A DNA stretch of 63,235 nucleotides, counting the filler, from Octopus bimaculoides (Eukaryota), in the NCBI RefSeq assembly GCF_001194135.2. It is 5 parts of 5 records of this genome, joined end to end, with 100 filler letters (N's around TTAATTAATTAA, not from the genome) between each part and the next. Parts side by side here need not be neighbours in the genome. Positions count along the whole stretch, not along the records: positions 2,995 to 28,142 come from NC_068983.1; 4 more parts are not named here. One strand, written 5' to 3'. Of this stretch, positions 12,045 to 25,015 are shown piece by piece. Both the position numbers and the translations under genes were made by a program. Within the stretch, counting starts at the first letter, position 1, and each line of letters opens with the position of its first letter. The notes beneath the pieces were generated by a model, which was given only the letters and a program-made list of their open reading frames with translations, ran no database searches and was not told the DNA's origin.

Positions 12045-14151
12045 ATAATAATTATTATTTCGATTAGCATCTTCTTTCAAGTCTGTTTCCATTTCTTGCC
12101 AAGTGTCTTCCTGACATCTAGGGCAGAGAAACATACTGTATACATTGGTAGGCCATTAAAATAAACACACCAGATTGTTCATTTACAAAATCATGTGATC
12201 GAGAAAAGGGGGAAGACAGAGAGAAAAAATAGGAATAAAAAATAAAAAAGTAAACAAATAAAATAAAGTGGGGAAAAAAGGAAAGAAAATTCACAGCAAT
12301 AATGCTCTTCTCAATATGTGTGATGAACCAGTTAAGTCAATCTTTTGCACTTCCTGCATGGATGATAAGCCAGGGAACAATCTTAAATAATTTCCAGTTC
12401 CTTTTTTCATCATTCCAAGTGCTTCTACAATTACTGGTATTGTTACTGTCTTGAGATGCCACAGCTTTTCAATTTCAATTAGCAAATTTTTATATTTTCT
12501 TATTTCTATATTGCCCACAAGGGGCTAAACATAGAGGGGACAAATAAGGAGAGACAAAGGGATTAAGTCGATTACATTGACCCCCCAGTGCGCAACTGGT
12601 ACTTAATTTATTGACCCCAAAAGGATGAAAGGCAAAGTCGACCTTGGTGGAATTTGAACTCAGAACGTTAACGGCAGACGAAATACTGCTAAGCATTTCA
12701 CTCAGCATGCTAATGTTTCTGCCAGCTCGCTGCTGTAATCTTTATATTTTCTGAGCTTATCAAATTCTTTTGCTGAGATATAATGGTCACAGAGTATGTT
12801 TATGTCAATCAACAAAGAAACTTTATTGTTTTGGTCCTTCACAACAATATCTGGTTTATTTGCATTGATGGTCGGTCTGTACATACTGGGAAGTCCCGAA
12901 GAATAGTTACAATTTCTCCCTCAGTTACAGCTTAAAGATGGTGCTTGTACCATTTGTCAGCAATTTTGACTTTATAATACTGGCATTATCCAATGTAGAT
13001 ATTGGCCAACTCTGTCGTGTCATTATTTGTACTCTACAGATGCTAAAACCTCATATCTAGAGATTAGGTGGTCCACTGTTTTTATCTTATTGTTGTAGTA
13101 TCAGCACTTTGGGTCTACACCGTTTTTCATCACATTCGCTTGATAGTTCCAGATCAATAAGCTCTGACCTTAGGCAGCCAAGGTAAAGCCTTCACTTTCT
13201 GCCTTTAGCTTTGAGCTCCATAGCCACCGATGGGTGTGCTTCTGGTCTGCATCAGCTTGTTTGCTACAGGCCACATATTTGCCATGCAGAAGTTTTTGTT
13301 CCCACCTATCAACCAATTGTTTAAATGCATTTTGCTTTGCTACTGATTTCACCTTCCTTGCAACTACAGTTGCTGCTCTTCCATCATGCTGTTCAACCTG
13401 GGTATTATGCATAAAATCAGTTGAAAATTTTTTGCTCTCCTTCATAACAAAATGAAGCTCCTTATGTCTTTCATGGTTTTCAACAAGCTTTAGCATCCAG
13501 TTGTTAGATGTTTCAAGATATTTTGCCAGTCCAATTGTGTTGGTTTTGTAGGAGATTTCAAACTGGATCAAGCCTCAACCTCTTTGAGCTCTGGGTAGGT
13601 AAAGACCATCTGCATCTGCCTTTGGGTGGTGTATCTTATTGCAAGTCAGCAGATTACAGATTAACAACCGGAACTGCTAAGGAATTTATAGTTAACACCC
13701 TGTTACGTGCATTTAACTCGGATTTTAGGACTGCTCAAACTCTCCTGTAACACTCCTTCCTGATCTTCTCTTTCATACTTGCATGTTGAATGCCAGAGCC
13801 CTCATTTATTCCGAGGTATTTGTAAGTTTGTTCCTGCTCGAGTTCTTTTATGACTGTGTCAACATCCAACGCCACTGAATGTGTGGTCTCCAATTTCCCT
13901 TTCTGGAAAGTGGCCTTGGCATATTTATCGAGACCAAATTCCATCCCAATGTCATCACTGAATGCTTTCACAATACGTAGTAGTCCATCGAGCTTATTAT
14001 TGTCTTTGCCATAGAGTTTTAAGTTATCCATATAAAACAAATGACTTATTTTCTTGTTGCCAATTTTATATCCATACCCTGTTCTGTTAAATTTACTTGT
14101 AGGGCTATGCAAAAAATTAAAGGTGAAAGTGAGACAGGTTGGAAAATGCAA
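12045..14151 (-). mobile_element. 5'-truncated R4/Dong-like non-LTR retrotransposon (RT + restriction-like endonuclease), interrupted by a SINE
   Basis: RT motif KISHLFYMDNLKLYG...FSDDIGMEFGLDK (13735-14151). RLE region ANKPDIVVKD...LLIDI..CD....KEFDKL.KYK.LLIEIEKLWHLKTVTIPVIV.ALG. (TAA)n 3' tail near 12045-12060. Confidence 0.9.
12501..12740 (-). mobile_element. SINE family A nested in the R4/Dong LINE
   Basis: Full family A sequence. 12-bp TSD tttatattttct (12489-12500 / 12741-12752) duplicates the LINE codons RKYK. Confidence 0.92.
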
Positions 14152-14219
14152 CAGTTGATATTAATATTTTTTGTGGTCAATACTCCATTAGAGTGGTATT
14201 ATCATTATTATCATTACTG

Positions 14220-14445
14220 AAGGTGGTGAGCTGGCAGAATCATTAGCACACTAGGTATAATGCTTTGTGGAATTTCGCCTGTCTTTACATTCTAAGTTCA
14301 AATTCTGTCGAGGTCAACTTTGATTTTCATCTTTTTGGGGGTCAATAAATTAAGTACTAGTCAAGTACTGGGTTGTGACCAACTTTCTCCTCATCCAAAA
14401 TTTCAGGCCTTGTACCTATAGTAGAAAGGATTATTATTATTATTA
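14220..14445 (+). mobile_element. SINE family A variant with alternative tail
   Basis: aggtggtgagctggcagaatcattagcac ... gttcaaattctgtcgaggtcaactttg ... tcaggccttgtacctatagtagaaagg(att)n. Confidence 0.85.
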
Positions 14446-14935
14446 TGTTTTTTTTTCTTCTTTCTTCAAATTTTCTTCCATTTCTCGCTGAGTGTTTTCC
14501 CGTACACCTAGGGCAGAGAAACTCATTGTATGCATTCCCAGTTTACACACGCAAATTCACAGGTAAAATATGTATTTAAAAAAATAAATAAATTAATAAA
14601 TTAATAAATAAATAAATTCATGAATGGATGATGTTTTCATAGCGATAATGCTCTTCTCAGTACATGAGTCGTTCCAGTTAACACGATTTTTTGCACTTCC
14701 TGTAGGGATGGTAAGCCTGGTATCATTTTCAAATAGGTTTCAGTACCTTTTTTTTTATCATTCCTAGAGATCCTATAATAACTGGTACGGTAGTCGCCTT
14801 GAGGTGCCACATTTTTTCAATTTCTATTAGCAAGTCTTTATATTTACTGATCTTGTCAAATTCTTTTGCCGCTATATTATGATCGCAAGGAATACTCATG
14901 TCAACTAATAAACACATCTTCTTTGTCTGATCTTT
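14445..14935 (-). mobile_element. Second 3' fragment of the R4/Dong-like LINE
   Basis: Translates CLLVDMSIPCDHNIAAKEFDKISKYKDLLIEIEKMWHLKATTVPVIIGSLGMIKK. The 3' UTR shares ctagggcagagaaac with 12119-12133. Confidence 0.88.
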
Positions 14936-15109
14936 TATAATAATATCCGATTATTATTATTATTATTATTATCCGATAAGTCAAGAGCAGTAAGGTCTGA
15001 AATCAAATCAGACTGTAGAGACATAACTAAATAACAAAGCTTCAACAACATAATGACTGGCTTATCTTCTCGCAAATTCATGATCCATGAGGAAGCAGAA
15101 AACAGAAAC

Positions 15110-15385
15110 AGCACAACAGCAACAACAATATCATCATTATCATTATTGTTGCCATCATCATCAGCAGCAGCAGCAGCAGCACCACCACCACCACCAGTGG
15201 CAGTAATAACAACAGCAGCAGCACCAGTGGCAGCAATAGCAACAGCAGCAGCAGTAGCACCCTGCCACCACCGCAACCACCACCACCACCACCAGCAACA
15301 ATAACAATACACTGCCATCCCCACCTACACCAACACCATCAACACTGTCACCATTGCCATCATCATTGTCATCATCATCAATAGA
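15110..15385. repeat. Compound (CAG/CAC/CAA/CAT)n trinucleotide array
   Basis: Direct inspection. Confidence 0.9.
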
Positions 15386-17299
15386 AGACAATTCATTGTA
15401 ACCGTAGGTATATGGTTCAATATTCACTGTTGTTATAACCGTCAACACCATGCTCTCGTCAACCAACTGAGTCAGATGAACTCAGAGGATAAATTTAATA
15501 TGATTCTTCTTTGCTAAGTTTTCTTTACAACCATTCACTAATTATCCATTATTAACTGAAAAGGAAACCTATTTGTTATATTTCTAAAAGATTTTTGTCA
15601 ACTTTAACAATATACAAATCAAAAACGTTATATCTGTACACTGTGAGTAATAGGATAGAGAATAAGAACTATTATCTGACTTGTGAAAATAGTCACATGA
15701 ATTAACACATGCATCTAAATAGTACACTGTTTGTTGACCCAGAACCAGTCTTTTTGTAAGATATTGCAACACTAAGACACCATAGTAACTCTTATCTCAA
15801 TAAGTGTTGTGAATATGACACAAGCAACATAGGAAGCCAACCTAAATGCTTTATGATGTGTGGTGAATATATCTATTCTCAGTTTACAATAGATTTAACT
15901 TAGCTTTTCATCTTCCTAGGAGAACAAGTAAGTACCAGTAAGACAACTCCTCCCATGCAAAAAAATTACGTTGCGATTTTTAGTGAAATTGTTTCTTATA
16001 ATTAAAAATACATCAGGATTAGAAATATACAAAACAAGTTTTAAAGTTCAGTTTACACTCCAGAGTTAGTGACAAGCTTCACAAAAAACTTTTCAATATT
16101 TCTTTTCTGCAGTGATATATCCAGTCTATGGAAACATGTTACAGTATCCTATTCCCTAGAGAGACATCCTCTGACTCTGCTAACTTTGGTGCCAGCATGG
16201 TTAAACACATGGCTTTAAGATCCATCCCACTGCATAATACCTTTGGAGTCTCCTATCATAGTATCAGGTTGACTAAACCTTTCTTCATTTGACTAACACT
16301 ATGTAACATGATTGTTGTCCTTGGGTAGCAACTGTTATTTCTTATTTGCTTACGTCGAAAAAGTATGAAAAATGGCTAATATTTCCTCCACACTTTGCTT
16401 TTGTTATATTTATTCAAACCTCAAAGAATCCCTCTCAACTCAGCTATGATGCTCCTCCACTACTCCTGCTCATGATCAGAGATGTGCATATTGTCAGCAC
16501 ATATGTCGATGTACACAGACACACATGCATGCATATGGATGACACACATGCATACCATACATAAACATGTACATGCATATTCATATACACATACATATAT
16601 GCAAATCCTTCCCACATGATTTCTATACTAATTATTCATTCCTTAACCATACTCTTATTTAAAAAAAACAATGTCTAGAAGATGCATTTTGTAAGAGCAC
16701 ACCTTTAATGTAAGTCTGATGACCACTCTAATGTCTAAAACTGCAAATATTATGTAAATTTTCACTTCGAATATTACATAAACTGAAGTTGCAAGCAGAG
16801 TTGGTACAGAAACAATTATAACAAATCATTAAAGATGTGTTGAAGGATTTCTTTGTCTTCTTATTATTTGGATTATAGTTTACTCTTTGCTATACCTACA
16901 CAACAGTTTTACTGTTGTGAAATCAGGATTTTCTACACTTGAAGAATTTCAGTATTAATCTGGAACCTGACAGTGTTGAAAGCCCAGAACTCGGGTTGAG
17001 TGTTTCTCTGGAAATACCCTACCTTTATACTCTACAAGAACCTAAGATATATATATATATATATATATTTATACACACACAAAAGAATGGAGAATTATGC
17101 GTTTTTGATCATCTTACACATGTTTCAGAAAGATAGGTATTACATAATTCTGTAATTTATTAATACTGCATATTAATTTATCCATATTTCATCTACAGAT
17201 ATTGAGAAATTAACACAAACAAATACTTCTTAAAACTCCACTACACTGAAAAGTGTGGTGAAACTTTGTCAAGTCATGGACAATAGTACCTTACATGGA

Positions 17300-17410
17300 A
17301 ACAGGTGAGGATTATTCACAGGAAGGGCATCCAATCACAGAAAATCTGCCTTAACAAATTTCGTCTGACCCATGCAAGCATGGAAAAGTGGATATTGAAA
17401 TGATGATGAA
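17300..17410 (+). mobile_element. RTE-type 3' tail fragment (family D)
   Basis: ggaagggcatccaatc..gaaaatctgcc...cccatgcaagcatggaaaagtgga..ttgaaatgatgatga, same tail as 54260-54526. Confidence 0.75.
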
Positions 17411-17865
17411 GATATATGTTTAACAACACCAAATCTGCATCACAAAGATTGAGCTTTCTTTTTATACTCATAAAATACTCCAGCCTTAATAACTGACACT
17501 CCTTCAAGCTTAAGTAAATGCAGATTAGAGCTCTACTTTGATAGAAAGGTCTCTGACTGCATAAAAAAAAGCTATCTGGCTGATTGGCAATAATTCACAC
17601 ACCAACATATTTTAACCACTCTCAGATAAATGTATTATTTCCTTACTCTGCCTCTACTTTAACTATCTCCCCAACTCAAAACAGCAGCAAAATAAAAAGT
17701 TGTTTCTCTTAATTCCATCATTCTTGTTTTCTCTTCATCTTGTACTAAATTGTTTTTCAGTTCTTCTTACATAAACTTCCAATCCCCAAGAATTCCCACC
17801 ATTTCATTCTTCCACTACATCAATTTGAACAACTGTTCAAATTCAATATTAACTACATTTACCTC

Positions 17866-18242
17866 GGAGGCGCAATGGCCCAGTGATTAGGGCAGCGGAC
17901 TCGCGGTCATAGGATCGTGGTTTCGATTCCCAGACAGGGCGTTGTGAGTGTTTATTGAGTGAAAACACCTAAAGCTCCACGAGGCTCCGGCAGGGGATGG
18001 TGGCAAACCCTACTGTACTCTTTCACCACAACTTTCTCTCACTCTTACTTCCTGTTTCTGTTGTGCCTGTGATTCAAAGGGTCAGCCTTGTCACACTGTG
18101 TCACGCTGAATATCCCTGAGAACTACGTTAAGGGTACACGTGTCTGTGGAGTGCTCAGCCACTTGCACGTTAATTTCACAAGCAGGCTGTTCCGTTGATC
18201 AGATCAACTGGAACCCTCGACGTCGTAAGCGACGAAGTGCCA
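17866..18242 (+). mobile_element. Young tRNA-derived SINE, family B
   Basis: A-box-like tggcccagtga and B-box-like gtttcgattcc; CpG-rich. Perfect 11-bp TSD acatttacctc (17855-17865 / 18243-18253). Close to the copy at 26413. Confidence 0.93.
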
Positions 18243-18844
18243 ACATTTACCTCACCTATATTTCAAGGCCTGCGAGGATCATGTACTCTGTTTCTCTTTT
18301 AACTAAATTATTTTTAAAAATATCTAACAAACACGACCAATTTGACTATTGTTATTGCCTTATGTTTCAAAAATTGGAATGAGATGGATTGGATCACGTC
18401 AACTAAAAACAATACTAATCTACACAATCTGTAAGTTTTTTGTTGTTATCATGAATAACACTCCGTAACACATGTGTTTCTGTACTCTTATATGTTATAC
18501 ATGTAAAAGAGAAAGATCTCATGATAAAACAAGTTAACCATAAAAAAAATCTTGAACATTACAGATTGCTTAAACGATTTTCTAGTTATTAACTGTAAAT
18601 GTGAGTGAAGAAGCTATCTGACTTTAACACAAATATATAAATAAATAAATAAAAAGTAAAAACAAAAAAATTGCGGGTAGTAGAATAATATCTGCAACAC
18701 AGTTCCCTAACAACCTCTAAATATTTCTCTGCATCTCTCACTCTCTGTATTCCTCACTCTTATCTTACTATTTGGCAAAGTATCTCACTTGTCTTTGTCT
18801 TTTTCTTGCTCCTAGTCTTTGCCTACTTTTTGATGCTTTTAACA

Positions 18845-19660
18845 CTATCAATTTAGCCATATGTATATCATACTAAATATATATAAACTGTACTAGGTTT
18901 TCTGCTGTGGTTTTCGTCTGAGAAAAAATCTCTTCATTAGAGATTGTGCTAAAAACACAATATATATTGAAGCAAGTCAAACACTGTTGCAGCAATGACT
19001 CATGAAAATGACAAATGCATTTTGACTTTCTTGAGGCTTGTCAGTGCATGCACCCATTTGTTACATGCTTAGATGAAAATTGTGCTTTTGATATATGTAG
19101 AAAACAAAGAAATAATTCATTCACTGATGTTGCTGAATGTTTGTTGCTTGTCAGGCTGTAAAAATCTTGGTGAACTCAATTAAAACTGCATTAATTTAAA
19201 ATCAGTCTGTGTATCATATAGACAGAAACCACAGTATCATGCTTTTCTCGGGCAAATATTTATATTTAACATGGTACATAGATAGGTATTTCAATTTAAT
19301 GTTGTTTCAGTTGCATTCACTGAGTTTTGTACAACCCAGCAAGCATTCTGCCATATCAGTGAATGTATTATTCACTGTTTTCTATATATCAAAGTGCAGA
19401 TTTTTATCTAAGCAAGTAACAAATGGGTTCACAACATCGATAAGCCTTAACAAAAGGTGAACAAAATGTCTGTTGTTCTTATGAGTCACTACTACAATGA
19501 TGTTTGCCTTACTTTTATATATATTTTGTTTTTAACACATGTCTCTGAACAGAGTTTCTCTCTGACAGAAATTACAGCATCATGCCTTTCTTTCTATGGG
19601 TATATACATTTAATGTGATACACAGATAGCAATTTTAATTTAATGCTGTTTCTGTTGCTT
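18845..19660. repeat. Long imperfect inverted repeat built from a ~345-bp tandem unit
   Basis: The reverse complement of 18845-19200 aligns by eye with 19290-19640 (e.g. catcagtgaatgaattatt / tatcagtgaatgtattatt; tctaagcatgtaacaaatggg / tctaagcaagtaacaaatggg). 19215-19310 recurs at 19560-19660. Confidence 0.85.
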
Positions 19661-19979
19661 CAACAATTGTCAATTTTGCTGTTGGATCCCAGGTTATCAT
19701 GTGCCTGATATCACATTATTGAATATTGGCTCTGCTGTCCCTTGTAGATAAGCCACTACATAGAGGTATGTCCACTTTGTATCATCTGGTTCAATGCTAT
19801 CTCCTGGCCCATAGGTATCTTTGGCAAAGTTGGCTCTGTTACAAGCATTTGGATCAGATTCTCTATCGAATATTATCATGATCTCGCAGCATGGCAACAC
19901 CCACTTGAGTTTACAAAATGTCTCAATTGAAAAATAACACTTATCATCTGGACAATTTTTGCCTCTTCCCCTGAAATAT

Positions 19980-20977
19980 TCATAAACTTTGATCCATCAT
20001 AGGGCCCCAAACAGCACCTACTAACACACAAGCTACATGCTCTGTGCTCTCTGAAATACAAATCTCTTGTGCCCTATCTTTAGTCTATCTATGCCATCCA
20101 GATTACACCTATATTTACATTTACTCTGTAACATGGTTACTGCACATATGTAGTTTCTACTCTTCCTAACACTTGCCTAGATATCAGCAACAAAGGCTTT
20201 CAAACTTCAAGGTTTCCATTTGTACTTCTCTAAATACAACTGATTCCTCTGCTGCTCTCTGAACTCCTACAACTACTACTACTACTATCAACAATGCCTC
20301 AACACTATATCTCTTCCTACATTGAGCATGTGTGTGTGTGTGTGTGATTTCTGTTCACTGAAATGTTCACAATCTTTATAATTCTTGGTTCTTGAACTCA
20401 TCTCACACGTTAATGCAGAAACTGTACTTTTTGCAGTCAGTTTCATCACTTGCACACATCGCTGATTGTCACTCCAAACACTGTTGATCTCTTTCTTATT
20501 GTCAAACACATCCTCTACCAAGACATCAGCATCTCTGCAGCTATTAGATCATCTAACTACCACCTTATATCTATTATGCAATACATATCTACGCATTATG
20601 CAAACTTCTTCCCCCCCCCCCATACACATTTTGTACATTGTAGTACCTCATATCAGCTGACTGATTGAAGCTCTACCAGTTGTTTGCAAACTATCCATGT
20701 CAGTGTATGTGTTTCATCCCCAATACATATGAGATAGTTGAGTAATCAACTTAAATCTTACTCTTAGTCAAGTCCTTCCATATAAACCACAACTAAAACT
20801 TTAACTACAAACCACCTAAGTCATTCACTCAGAGCTACACTGCAGCAGTTCAAGCAAAGAACATAGATTACATCCCTTAAAAAAAAATCACACACGCATG
20901 TGTGTGTGTGTGTGTGTTCGGGTGTTGAAATTACTACAGCTCCTATGAAAATATTATTATGGATCCTCAAAGAATCT

Positions 20978-21022
<45 letters not shown>

Positions 21023-22710
21023 CTGCAATTGATTCTTTTTTCTCCTTCTAAAAAAGATCTCTACCACCTTTTCAGAATCATTCTTCCTTCACTTTTCAAA
21101 TACAAAGGCAATGTTCCTACAGAGAAATGTTTCCTCTCCATTCTACCACATACACATGTCTAAAGCTCCTCAGTTGTTTCATGCCATTAACAATATAGCC
21201 CTGACAATGTTGTTTCTGTACCCCTCAAAGAATGTACTCAAGACTTAGCCTCTATCCTTACCAAAACACTTAATCTTTCCCTCTCACTTTCTATACAAGC
21301 ATCAATTCCAATCTTTGCAAACATGCTAGTATTTTCCAAGAATGGTTACTTTTCTAACCACGCTAACTGTTGATCTCACTTCTGTTTCAAAAGTGATAGA
21401 CATATTTGCTAACAACCATATTCTCTAAGACTTTGAATTCTTCTCTTTTCTTAATAAGCATTATTAACAGCTTTCATAGAGCTGAATCCACTAGAGACCA
21501 GCATTCTTTTGTCACTTAGCAGTAGATTTTATCTGCATGAAATTTAATGAAAACAAGTACTTGTTACAATTTAATTCAATATAACATTGGACCATTCCTG
21601 AAATGTGAATATCCAAACCAAAACAGCTGCCAATGAGTTTCATCTTTCTCTGGAATTGGAGGTCTCCTGTCATGTTGTACCATGTACTGATGAAGCGCAC
21701 CCTAACTGGCACTCTATCAACTCTTCCTCCTATACTTCAAACAGCTTGCTTGCTGTCACCTCTGACAATACTTACCATTGTACAGATGATACCATCCTTA
21801 ACCTTACTCCCAACATTCTGCACTCAAGTGGCATCCACATGCAACCTAGACACCTCATACCAAACCTGCAGAGATCTCAAAAACTCAATTATGATTGTAT
21901 CTTTGAGCAATTATCAAGAAAACAATTGGCAATCTGAATTACAAGATATGAAGAGAATGTAAGAATTTTGTAGCTTACTACATGAACAATAAATTAATAC
22001 AGCATTCTCCTTTAGGTCGAAATTCAAATGCTGTCAAAGGCATTACTTAGGGCCTGACAGCCAAACAAAATTCTATACCCTAATGGAACAGACAACCAAG
22101 CTTTTAAAATTAATTTCGTAAACATGAACAAATGAATAACATGCAACTAGAAACCACAAAGTAGCTAAAACTGCCAGGCCTCACTATTATTGCTTTCACT
22201 CTCATTGTCTCAATATCACAAAGATTGGCCTTCTTTAGGGCCAGAAGATACTTCAGCTTCCAACAATTACTAACTTTATACAAAGCATCCCACAATGGAA
22301 TACTGTTCCCAAATCTGGAGTCAGTGCTCCTACAGCATAGATATCTTGGAGTTCGTTTAATCGTTTAACGTTCGCTTTCTATGCTAGCATGGGTTGGACT
22401 ATATACAAAAAATAGACCACTTGATTGATTGGCATGAAGTCACTCACCAATACCCATACCCTGTCTCACAGACCTCGTGTTTCCTCACAATACCTTTCTA
22501 CTAATGCTGCAGTGGATTCTGCTCCTCCAAGCTGGCTGAGATTATGCCACCCATACTCAGCCTCATCTGACTGACTCATCAGCCATATTGCATTCACATA
22601 CCAAGTTTGCACCAATCCTTTTTCCAAGTCTTTTCTGCCAATCTTTTTAAATCCCTCTGTTCAGGTTTTATTCCTGTAGCCATTAACTTACAATTGTAAA
22701 ATAACATCAC
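19980..22710 (+). mobile_element. Heavily decayed CR1/L2/Jockey-group LINE ORF2 (endonuclease, RT, C-terminus)
   Basis: QHLLTHKLH..LSEIQIS (endonuclease start); LASILTK..NLSLS (21247); LLAVTSDNTYHCTDDTIL (degenerate YADD); RARRYFSFQQLLTLYKA..MEYCSQIWS (22240-22320). Ends approximate. Confidence 0.75.
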
Positions 22711-23159
22711 TTTCATTGATTTTACTAGTTTATGATGGCCTACAAAAGCAATAGGCCCTTCAAGGTTGGTAAAAAATCAATGCAGATCTTCTTCAGTCAG
22801 TTCATTTAGAAAATTTCCAACAATTATATCAAATATGTCAAACTAAAAATAATATTCACCTCAAATCATTAAGTCAAATATTTTGTACTCATAAAGGTGT
22901 CATTTGCAAAAAGAAAAAGAAAGTCATTGATATTTTTGAAGCCTAATAACAACCAAATACATAGTATGTTGAGGAGTTTCTGCTTCTAAATTCCCTCCAT
23001 AGACAACGTTTTATCTATATATTTTTACTATTTAGTTTTATTAGCAACACAAGATGTTAGAAATATGTCTTTGGAGATATAATTAATTATGCAAAAAAAA
23101 AAAAAGCAGACACAGTCTCTTTTGTACATCTTCCTCCATGTATCTAAGAATTACTCAGG

Positions 23160-23400
23160 TATGACTGTTTGATTCATAACACGGTTTCAGGTTCAATCCC
23201 ATGGCATGGCACCTTGAGCAAGTAGTACTGTACAATAACCTTGGCTTAAACAGTGCTTTGTAAGTGAAATTTGGTGGATGTAAAACTGTATACTGTACAG
23301 AAGCCCATTTTGTGTGCGTGTGTGTGTGATCATCATCATTTAGCATCTGTTGTCCATGCTGGCATGAGTTGGATGGTTTGACCAGTGCTGGTAAGTTGAT
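23160..23400 (+). mobile_element. SINE family C 5' part (+) abutting an RTE-type tail (-)
   Basis: ggttcaatcccatggcatggcaccttgagcaag ... agaagccc, then catcatcatttagcatc..tccatgctggcatg. Confidence 0.7.
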
Positions 23401-23494
23401 GTATGTATATGTGTATGTATGAGAAGATGCTTTTGAGTAGTGGTGTGTCACAGCTAAGCAATTCAACATGCAAAGAACAGTAGAATAAATTATT

Positions 23495-23728
23495 TAAGGC
23501 AGTGAGCTGGCAGAAACGTTAGCACACTGGGCGAAATGCTTAACGGTATTTCATCTGCCGTTACGTTCTGAGTTCAAATTCCGTCGAGGTCGACTTTGCC
23601 TTTCATCCTTTCGGGGTCGATAAATTAAGTACCAGTTATGCACCGGGGTTGATGTAATTGACTTAATCCCTTTGTCTGTCCTTGTTTGTCCCATCCGTGT
23701 GTAGGCCCTTGTGGGCAGTAAATAAATA
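23495..23728 (+). mobile_element. Full-length SINE, family A
   Basis: aaggcagtgagctggcagaaacgttagcac ... Perfect 13-bp TSD agaataaattatt (23482-23494 / 23729-23741). Confidence 0.92.
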
Positions 23729-24139
23729 AGAATAAATTATTCTATTTGAAAACAAGTACAGGTTGACATCAGAAAGGGCATCTGGCTATAGGTCACTACT
23801 AGCAGAGAAAAAGACATAAAAATGAAGATGATGATTTTATCCAGTTTCTCCAACCATCCCTTTCTTTCTAGTCAATTCCACCTCAGCAATATCTCCATCA
23901 AGATATAATCCAAGTTCTCCACACCAGAGTGACCACGATGTCCAGTTTAATTCTTACCAATTTCATCAATAAGTGAGATTCTATTTTTACACTATTCAGA
24001 CATTTTTATGTAATTTTTTTCTCTTTCAGAAACAATTTGCTTTTATTCAAATAATTTGCAATTCCCAACAATGAACACATTAACTCCTGCCTAGCAATTA
24101 ATCAATAAAGTCAGACAGGCTTGAATATATTTTTTCATG

Positions 24140-24485
24140 ATGGTGTTGATTAGCTTGGTCTTCACCCAACTCACCTGAAGGCCAGGCTTTACTGATTCTT
24201 TATAAATGGTCAGTGCATCCCTGAACTGGTCGATTGAGTTGCTGAATAGGGTGGTATCATCCGCATACTCCAAGATCAGTAAGGTAGTAGTTCCAGAAGG
24301 TAATGCAAGCGACTCACTCACCTTGGTCATCAGATAACCAATGACACAGTTGAAGAGGTTAGGGTGGCTATGCAGCCCTGTCTAACCCTGCTGCTAATGG
24401 GGAATCAATCAGAGTCCTTCCCATTCACCTGCATGCAACTCTTGGCACTGCTATAGAGATGTTGAAACAAAGTGGAGATCTCATA
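24140..24485 (-). mobile_element. RTE-clade LINE RT fragment
   Basis: Translates LYSSAKSCMQVNGKDSD*FPISSRVRQGC..TLFNCVIGYLM...LEYADDTTLF...GLQVSWVKTK, with the RQGC and YADD motifs. Confidence 0.85.
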
Positions 24486-24499
24486 GCTATCTGTCGCAT

Positions 24500-24765
24500 G
24501 TACTGGTACAGACATGTTCTCTGTCTCCTGCTAGATCATCCTACCAGGGTTTTACTCTCATTTGACACAACAGCTGCAGGCTGGAAGAGGCCTCATGGCT
24601 GGACATAATTGGGGAAGATTTGCAGACTCTCAACATCACCTTGAAGGCTGGCACGAAACTGTCAGTGATGGAGAGCACTGGTGGATTTGGTTGGCTCTAC
24701 ACATGATGACATCTCTGGGACCACTAACTTAGAATGACCCCAGCCCCATCAAGCCAAGCCAAGGT
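24500..24765 (+). mobile_element. RTE-type LINE 3' end, opposite orientation to the adjacent RT fragment
   Basis: WLDIIGEDLQTLNIT-like C-terminal peptide and a (ccaag)n tail. Confidence 0.55.
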
Positions 24766-24809
24766 GTTGATTAATTGATTTGGTAATTTTGAGTAGTCAC
24801 ATGAAATAT

Positions 24810-25015
24810 CCTTTTCTACTCAAAGCACAAGGCCTGAAATTTTGGGTGAGGGGGCTAGTTGATTAGTTCGACCCCAGTATGCAACTGGTACTTAATTTAT
24901 CAACCCCAAAAGGATGAAAGGCAAAGTCAGCCTCGGCAAAATTTGAACTCAGAACATAAAGACAGACGAAATACTGCTAAGCATTTCACCTGGCATGCTA
25001 ACATTTCTACCAGCT
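24810..25015 (-). mobile_element. SINE family A variant
   Basis: Family A core. 16-bp TSD tagtcacatgaaatat / tagttacatgaaatat with one mismatch. Confidence 0.88.

Noticed and set aside
15920-15927. 8-nt microexon-like signal (similar at 17129-17136)
   Set aside because: Not frame-preserving, with no supporting gene context.
16113-16220. Strong plus acceptor tttcttttctgcag followed by DISSLWKHVTVSY...
   Set aside because: No convincing donor or partner exons.
16927-17046. Plus ORF DFLHLKNFSINLEPDSVESPELGLSVSLEIPYLYTLQEPK after cag
   Set aside because: Weak acceptor, no donor before the (TA)n run, and no recognisable family.
17866-17940. tRNA gene-like sequence (also 26413, 29575)
   Set aside because: A/B boxes continue into SINE bodies, with TSDs at the first two; no proper acceptor stem.
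19697-19900. 67-aa minus ORF of normal complexity
   Set aside because: No splice signals or family motifs; it lies between a repeat and the 5' edge of a decayed LINE.
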